Assembly: GCA_035390665.1 (NCBI GenBank)
Contig: DAOOUC010000018.1
Coordinates: 1-9,757, forward strand
Direction of reading: 5' to 3'
Origin: an archaeon
GTDB lineage: Archaea; Iainarchaeota; Iainarchaeia; Iainarchaeales; CSSED10-239
Length of the DNA: 9,757 nt
Positions 5,561-9,757 of this stretch are shown here, piece by piece; positions within the stretch are counted from its first letter, which is position 1; every line of letters begins with the position of its first letter. The translations under genes were made by a program, and so were the position numbers. The notes under the pieces were generated by a model. That model was not told where the DNA came from. It saw only the letters and a list, made by a program, of their open reading frames with translations, and searched no databases.

Positions 5561-6385
5561 TTACTTTATACTCTTTCTTACTTCTTGATAGAGCTTATTG
5601 GCTTTCGTCATTTTCTTTTTTATGTCTGCTAGAGAAGAAATCTTGTAAAGGTCTTCTAGTTGCTCTAATATTGCGCGCGAGCCCGAGCGAAACCGGCTCT
5701 TTGGGATGTTATCTTTGGAGATGCCGGAAAGATGATAACCAGATTTGGTTGGAGTGTATCTAAGCCTAATAAGCTCTACTAATGGAATTAATATGTATTT
5801 CTGATATGCAGCAAAGGATTGAAGAAAATGATTACGATTTATTTCTTTTTCTACCCAAACTTGAAAGAAACTATTGGGCGCGAGAACCATTGCGCGCGAG
5901 CTGAGCGAAACCGGCTCACCGAAACCGGCTCTATCTAAAGCTTTTATTTTTTCTTCTGTGTCTTTCTTTAACTTTTTCTTGTCTAGTTTCTTAAACTTAA
6001 TAACTTTTGTTTTATCAAAAATAATAGAAACCTTTTCATCCTCATAACCAGAAGTATACCAAAAGACACGAGAGTGTTTTTCTATACATACATCTATTAC
6101 AAGAAACTTAGAACTTCCCTTTAAATGATAAAACTTTTGCCTAATCTTTGGATGACTATGTTCTTTTTCAAAAGAATAATCAATATTTCCTATATTTTCT
6201 AATAGCTTCTCTATTTTCTTAAATGCTTTAGATACATAATTATCTTCTACATCTATCCATATATCAATATCTGAGTATTTATCTACTCTACCATGAGCAT
6301 CTGCACCTTCAAGCCAACAAGCATAGACTTTTGGGTCCTTTTCTAGTTCTTTAAGGCTAGAGATTATGGTTTTACGAGATATCAT
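5561..6385 (-). CDS. Pol-beta-superfamily nucleotidyltransferase (aminoglycoside/lincosamide-NTase-like layout)
   Basis: 274 aa. The NTase signature G[SA]-x10-DhDh is present as LEGADAHGRVDKYSDIDIWIDV, with a third acidic strand FLVIDVCIE. The N-terminal layout resembles ANT(6)-type adenylyltransferases (LEGSxxxxxxxDxxSDxDI). AGGAG lies 8 nt upstream of the ATG. The C-terminal half carries two GC-rich in-frame repeat insertions. Confidence 0.7.
   Translation of the reverse strand: MISRKTIISSLKELEKDPKVYACWLEGADAHGRVDKYSDIDIWIDVEDNYVSKAFKKIEKLLENIGNIDYSFEKEHSHPKIRQKFYHLKGSSKFLVIDVCIEKHSRVFWYTSGYEDEKVSIIFDKTKVIKFKKLDKKKLKKDTEEKIKALDRAGFGEPVSLSSRAMVLAPNSFFQVWVEKEINRNHFLQSFAAYQKYILIPLVELIRLRYTPTKSGYHLSGISKDNIPKSRFRSGSRAILEQLEDLYKISSLADIKKKMTKANKLYQEVRKSIK
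5671..5700. repeat. GC-rich repeat unit, copy 1, inside the NTase ORF
   Basis: ttgcgcgcgagcccgagcgaaaccggctct is 21/30 G+C in a gene that is otherwise about 25% GC. It shares an exact TTGCGCGCGAGC (12 nt) and an exact GAGCGAAACCGGCTC (15 nt) with copy 2, separated by a 1-nt indel. Confidence 0.65.
5876..5932. repeat. GC-rich repeat unit, copy 2, with internal partial duplications, inside the NTase ORF
   Basis: The sequence is gggcgcgagaaccattgcgcgcgagctgagcgaaaccggctcaccgaaaccggctct. It contains the full unit plus an extra CGAAACCGGCTC and an extra GCGCGAG half-unit. It lies 219 nt from copy 1 in the same orientation. Confidence 0.65.
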
Positions 6386-6437
6386 ATACTATCTCCTATA
6401 AGAAATATTTAATAACTCTTTTGTTTCTAGGTTATTT

Positions 6438-7160
6438 ATGACAAATTTAAAAAATATAAAGCTTGTTGCCTTTGATATAGGGGATACTCTTCATCAATTT
6501 TCTCATCCTGCTATGTTACAGAAATGCTATGAAGCAGAAATTAAGGTTTTAAGAAGGGCAGGATTAAAATTTAAGACAGAAGACTACTATTTAGTAGCTG
6601 AAAGAATATGGAGAGAGGCTAGAAAGAAAAAATCTGAAAAAGATAATCTTTTTGTTCCTAAACAGATTCTTAGATATCTTGGATATCCTAATAGATTAGA
6701 TCTTGCAGAGAAGATGGGAGAGTCTTTTGTAAAGGTTTCTAAAAAATATCTTCTAAAAACAAAAAGAACCATGCCTGGTGCTATTGATATTATTAAATAT
6801 TTACATAAGAAAGGATATATTCTTGGGGTAATTAGTGATACAGAAAATCTTGGACCTAAAAAGTGGTTAAAAGAAGCGAATATTTACAATTATTTTAAAA
6901 TAATTATTCTTTCTTGTGAAGTTGGTGGGAGAAAAGCTTCTCAAAAGCCATTTATTGCTTTTAAAAAATTAGCAAATAAGCAATTTAAGATTAAACCATC
7001 AGAGATAGTAATGGTTGGCAATCTATCTGTTGATATGGATGCAAAAAAACAAGGCTTTAGAACAATATTATTCGATCCAATATGTCAAAACACAAAACAT
7101 TTTCTTTATCAGCCAGATATTAAAATTAAAACTCTAAAAGATATTAAAAAATATTTATAA
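6438..7160 (+). CDS. HAD-superfamily hydrolase (subfamily IA-like)
   Basis: 240 aa. Motif I is VAFDIGDTL, a variant in which the second position of DxDxT is Gly. Motif II is LGVISDT, the motif III Lys lies in ASQKPF, and motif IV is MVGNLSVDMDAKKQG. It is divergent from the NTase gene across a 52-nt spacer, with AGGT 9 nt upstream of the ATG. Confidence 0.7.
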   Translation: MTNLKNIKLVAFDIGDTLHQFSHPAMLQKCYEAEIKVLRRAGLKFKTEDYYLVAERIWREARKKKSEKDNLFVPKQILRYLGYPNRLDLAEKMGESFVKVSKKYLLKTKRTMPGAIDIIKYLHKKGYILGVISDTENLGPKKWLKEANIYNYFKIIILSCEVGGRKASQKPFIAFKKLANKQFKIKPSEIVMVGNLSVDMDAKKQGFRTILFDPICQNTKHFLYQPDIKIKTLKDIKKYL

Positions 7161-7826
7161 TTTACATAAACAATACATAATTACATTGTGTTTTATCTTT
7201 TTATTTACTTTCCTGGCTGTTTCTTCATTATATATTGCTTTGAATACTTCTTTTGAAGTTTTGTTGCTATCAAATAAGAAATAAGTTTTTATTTTTTTAA
7301 ATTCTTTAAATCCTTTCTTTATTACCCAATCATTATATCCTTTTGTCCTTGTGATATTAGGGTACCTGCCTCTTATGGTTTCAAATTCCCCGCCAATATC
7401 ATTTTCAACAAGTATTAATTTCCCTTTCTTCTTTAAGATTCTTAATAATTCTTTTAACACTTTTTCTTTTTTATTATTATCAAGAATTGTGCTCAATGCC
7501 CAAGTAGAATAAATAACATCAAAGGTATTGTCTTTAAATTTTGTTTTTTCTAAATCAGAGCAAGTAATTTCTATATTTTTATTAATTTTATTTTTTGCAA
7601 TCTCTAATTGTCCTTTAGCAGCATCTACACCATATAATTCTTTTGCATAAGGTTGTAACAATTCTAGATATTTACCTGTACCGCAACCTGCATCTAAAAC
7701 CACTTTATTTTTTACTATTGGTATTAGTTTTTTTAAAATATAGTTTGGATAGTCTTCTGCTTGACTTAACACTTCATAATAATCATTTAATCCATAATAT
7801 GCTTTAGCTTTTTCAGATAAGGTCAT
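7155..7826 (-). CDS. Class I SAM-dependent methyltransferase (small-molecule type)
   Basis: 223 aa. The SAM-binding motif I is VLDAGCGTGKY, post-I is LYGVD, and it also has FDVIYSTWAL and KKGKLILVE. SD GGTGA lies 5 nt upstream of the ATG. Its stop codon overlaps the HAD gene's end by 6 nt (convergent genes). Confidence 0.8.
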   Translation of the reverse strand: MTLSEKAKAYYGLNDYYEVLSQAEDYPNYILKKLIPIVKNKVVLDAGCGTGKYLELLQPYAKELYGVDAAKGQLEIAKNKINKNIEITCSDLEKTKFKDNTFDVIYSTWALSTILDNNKKEKVLKELLRILKKKGKLILVENDIGGEFETIRGRYPNITRTKGYNDWVIKKGFKEFKKIKTYFLFDSNKTSKEVFKAIYNEETARKVNKKIKHNVIMYCLCKL

Positions 7827-7838
7827 GTTCTCACCGAA

Positions 7839-7900
7839 TTAATTCTTTTTCTTTCTTACTTCCATAAAGAGCTTATTGGCTTTCTTGATTTTTTTTATTA
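7839..7900 (-). pseudogene. Relic of the 3' end of an NTase paralogue in the SDR/methyltransferase spacer
   Basis: 7851-7892 aligns without gaps to 5573-5614 (the 3' end of the NTase gene) at 36/42 identity. Read in the homologous frame it gives ...KKIKKANKLFMEVRKKKN*, against ...KKKMTKANKLYQEVRKSIK* in the intact gene. The stop codon falls at exactly the equivalent position (7839-7841 versus 5561-5563). No upstream body of the gene remains, because the SDR stop is at 7906. Confidence 0.5.
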
Positions 7901-7905
7901 TAAAC

Positions 7906-8637
7906 TTACTTATACCCACCATCTGCTATTAAAACAATTCCATTTACATAACTGGAGTCTTGTGATGATAGGAAAAAAGCAACTGATGCTATTTCTTCTG
8001 GCTTACCAAATCTTTTTACAAATATTCTTTTTTCTTCTTCTTTTATGTATTCTTTTGGTAGTTTCTTGTTTATGTCTGTTAATACCCACCCTGGAGCAAT
8101 ACAGTTTACTCTAATCTTTGGAGCAAGTTCTTCTGCTAAGTTTCTAGTAAAACTAATTATTCCTGCTTTTGAAGCATCATAGTCTGCAGAGTCTGGACAA
8201 GTAACATTTATTCCGTTTGTTGATGCTATGTTAATTATGTTTCCAAAACCTTGCTTTAACATATAAGGTGCAGTATATTTAGAACAAAAATAAGTTCCAT
8301 TTAAATTAACATCAAAAGTTCTTTTCCATTGTTTTGTTGTTTTCTTTAATAATGGAACATCATAAACTATTCCTGCGTTATTTACTAAAATATCTATCTT
8401 TCCAAATTTTTTAATAACTTGAGTAATCATTTTCTTAACTGCGGTTTCATTTGAAACATCACATTTAATTGCAATTGCCTCTACACCTAATCTTTTTATA
8501 TCTTGAACAACTTTATTTGCTTCTAGTTTGGAATTATTATAGTTTACTACAATATTCATTCCTTCTTTTGCAAATCTTAATGCAATTGCTTTTCCAATTC
8601 CTCTACTTGATCCAGTAACTAATGCAACTTTATTCAT
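7906..8637 (-). CDS. Short-chain dehydrogenase/reductase, 3-oxoacyl-ACP-reductase (FabG)-like
   Basis: Classical SDR motifs are present: TGSSRGIGKAIA (TGxxxGxG), NNAG, a catalytic Ser in IASTNG, and YDASK (YxxxK). I place the start at ATG 8637 (MNKVALVTGSS...), because the track's GTG at 8646 lies inside the GTGAT SD, 4 nt upstream of this ATG. Confidence 0.85.
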   Translation of the reverse strand: MNKVALVTGSSRGIGKAIALRFAKEGMNIVVNYNNSKLEANKVVQDIKRLGVEAIAIKCDVSNETAVKKMITQVIKKFGKIDILVNNAGIVYDVPLLKKTTKQWKRTFDVNLNGTYFCSKYTAPYMLKQGFGNIINIASTNGINVTCPDSADYDASKAGIISFTRNLAEELAPKIRVNCIAPGWVLTDINKKLPKEYIKEEEKRIFVKRFGKPEEIASVAFFLSSQDSSYVNGIVLIADGGYK

Positions 8638-8682
8638 TTTTATCACAATTTATTTACAAATTAATAAACTTATAACCTAAAA

Positions 8683-8712
8683 CTCTTTAAAAATACTCCT
8701 TTTACTACAGAA
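8683..8712 (-). promoter_or_regulatory. Conserved 30-nt block, copy 2 (minus strand TTCTGTAGTAAAAGGAGTATTTTTAAAGAG); candidate promoter element for the SDR gene
   Basis: It is 28/30 identical to 5526-5555 and sits in the same position and orientation relative to the downstream start codon. The following spacer is also alignable: TTATAacCTaAAa here versus TTATAgtCTgAAt. Confidence 0.45.
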
Positions 8713-8805
8713 GAATTATTACTGACTTCTACGACTACTTACTTGGTTGCTTTTCTTCTTTTTCTAAGTCTTTTAGATAGAGATGATTGAATTACGAGAT
8801 ATCAT
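8713..8805 (-). pseudogene. Miniature internally deleted relic of an NTase paralogue that retains both gene ends
   Basis: On the minus strand, the 14 nt starting at 8805 are identical to the NTase start (ATGATATCTCGTAA). The relic reads MISRNSIISI*, against MISRKTIISSLK in the intact gene. The 3' part carries AAAAAGAAGAAAAGCAACCAAGTAAGTAG, which resembles the NTase end (AAAAAGAAAATGACGAAAGCCAA...AAAGTAAGTAG), and runs straight into the conserved 30-nt block. About 93 nt stand in for an 825-nt gene. Confidence 0.5.
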
Positions 8806-8864
8806 AAATGATCAAATAGAACAATTTAACTTAAAAGTGCTTTAAATATCTAACTGACAGAAAC

Positions 8865-9665
8865 TCAATTAGATTTAGCTTCCAAAACACATATTTGCAT
8901 AAAATAATCCGGAGAATTTCTTAGAATATTACAATCTTCTGGTTTCATTTTTGTTGCTTGAACAAATTTAGCAACGCAAGCCTCTTGATTAATCCTATAG
9001 TCATAAATCTTATTTAAATAACTACATTCAAAAATATCATTTTTTTCTATAGCTCTATTCGTAACACAATCTTGATCATTTAAACAATTATATCTTTTAT
9101 GTTCCCATTGTTCATATATTACTGCAGATAGAAATATACACAAAACTACTGCGGTTATTATTATGCCTAATACTCTTTTTTTATCATCAAATATCTTATA
9201 GACTCCATATACCAATAATACCAACAATCCAATAACTATAAAATATACTACATAATTATCAACAGCTACAGAAAACAATGAATAGAAGGTTTTTTTCAAA
9301 AATAAAGGAACAGTCGTTGATAATAAAGTATCAAATCTCCAATTAAACATAATTCTAAATAAAAATATGATTAAGAAAATTAAATCAAATACTATTACTA
9401 TAAAATAAAATTTATTAGACTTATCTTCATTTTTAATTACTTTTTTTAAATATTTAACTCCTAGTAGTATGGTAGGTAACATTGCAAATAAAAGAAAGAT
9501 TAATGTAGGCAATAATGTTATTTTTAATTCACAACTACTAAATGCACACCAAAAACTAACAAAAGCTATAACTAAAACTTGCCATAAGACTAATATGATT
9601 AAATCCCAACCGCCAGTCTTAACTTTAATCTCTTGTTTTGATTCATCCATATCTGATCTTTCCAT
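8865..9665 (-). CDS. Polytopic membrane protein with a C-terminal Cys-rich soluble domain, unknown function
   Basis: 266 aa with five to six hydrophobic segments (for example WDLIILVLWQVLVIAFVSFWCAF, LLPTLIFLLFAMLPTILLGV, FYFIVIVFDLIFLIIFLF, VVYFIVIGLLVLLVYGVY, VLGIIITAVVLCIFLSAVIY). The final ~80 aa hold seven Cys in a spaced pattern (YNCLNDQDCVTN...FECSYL...EACVAKF...EDCNIL...MQICVLEA). GGTAAG lies 7 nt upstream of the ATG. No family recognised. Confidence 0.6.
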   Translation of the reverse strand: MERSDMDESKQEIKVKTGGWDLIILVLWQVLVIAFVSFWCAFSSCELKITLLPTLIFLLFAMLPTILLGVKYLKKVIKNEDKSNKFYFIVIVFDLIFLIIFLFRIMFNWRFDTLLSTTVPLFLKKTFYSLFSVAVDNYVVYFIVIGLLVLLVYGVYKIFDDKKRVLGIIITAVVLCIFLSAVIYEQWEHKRYNCLNDQDCVTNRAIEKNDIFECSYLNKIYDYRINQEACVAKFVQATKMKPEDCNILRNSPDYFMQICVLEAKSN

Positions 9666-9757
9666 TTTAATCTTACCAAATTATAGTTTAAAACTATTTA
9701 AATATCTGTCGTCTAGAAAGAGAATTAACTTTTTATGATATCTACAACTTTAGATAT

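Noticed and set aside
5671-5932. CRISPR-like array, on the basis of two ~29-nt GC-rich repeats
   Set aside because: There are only two copies, spaced 219 nt apart (far beyond spacer sizes), and both lie inside a continuous ORF. There are no cas genes and no leader.
6587-6772. 61-aa ORF on the minus strand from the ORF track
   Set aside because: It lies entirely antisense inside the HAD hydrolase gene, which has clear family motifs. It has no RBS or motif of its own.
7155-7160. 6-nt overlap of the convergent HAD and methyltransferase stop regions with no intervening terminator
   Set aside because: Tail-to-tail overlaps are common in compact genomes. No hairpin or other signal is visible, so it is not informative by itself.
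9469-9738. 89-aa ORF on the plus strand from the ORF track
   Set aside because: It is mostly antisense to the 5' end of the 266-aa membrane-protein gene, which has coherent TM segments. It has no RBS and a low-complexity sequence.
9735-9757. Plus-strand ATGATATCT at the right edge (MISTTLD...) sharing its first 9 nt with the NTase start; possible divergent NTase paralogue
   Set aside because: Only 23 nt are visible. A 9-mer match in AT-rich sequence is not significant on its own, and similarity ends after the third codon.
1-9757. Autonomous mobile element (integrase, transposase, IS termini) that could explain the repeats and relics
   Set aside because: No ORF in any frame shows recombinase or transposase motifs, and no terminal inverted repeats flank the repeated segments. 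Mobility of the R-M pair or NTase cassettes therefore remains a hypothesis, not an annotated feature.

Overview
The window is strongly AT-rich (by eye about 25-30% GC, not computed) and tightly packed. TAA and TGA act as ordinary stops, and GGTGA/AGGAG-type ribosome-binding sites sit upstream of most starts. Many small N/K/I-rich membrane proteins and Cys-rich exported domains suggest an uncultivated small-genome lineage such as a DPANN archaeon or CPR bacterium; this is inference only.

I can support 12 protein-coding genes, 10 of them on the minus strand:
- a partial hypothetical gene at the left edge;
- a convergent type II restriction-modification pair, made of a small PD-(D/E)xK endonuclease candidate and a clear C5 cytosine methyltransferase;
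- a Nudix hydrolase;
- a three-gene minus-strand operon: a membrane-anchored Mrr-type nuclease-domain protein, a 4-TM protein carrying a classical zinc finger, and a signal-anchored Cys-rich protein;
- a Pol-beta-type nucleotidyltransferase (NTase);
- a HAD hydrolase, a SAM methyltransferase and an SDR oxidoreductase;
- a polytopic membrane protein with a Cys-rich tail.

I recognised no rRNA, tRNA, CRISPR array, integrase or transposase.

Several structures are not explained by the genes:
1. ~70% GC repeat units sit in-frame inside the AT-rich NTase gene, and the same 12-mer is read in all three frames.
2. Two decayed relics of NTase paralogues lie in intergenic spacers, and a 30-nt block (28/30 identical) is reused upstream of two unrelated genes.
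3. A GC-rich nested-stem element lies upstream of the endonuclease gene, and its core recurs as a direct repeat on the far side of the R-M pair.
4. A perfect 10-bp inverted repeat sits in the promoter region of the left-edge gene.

The best candidate for an undescribed system is the membrane-nuclease operon at 3036-5483, given its R-M, Nudix and NTase neighbours. All functional calls rest on motifs I could read by eye; no database search was possible.
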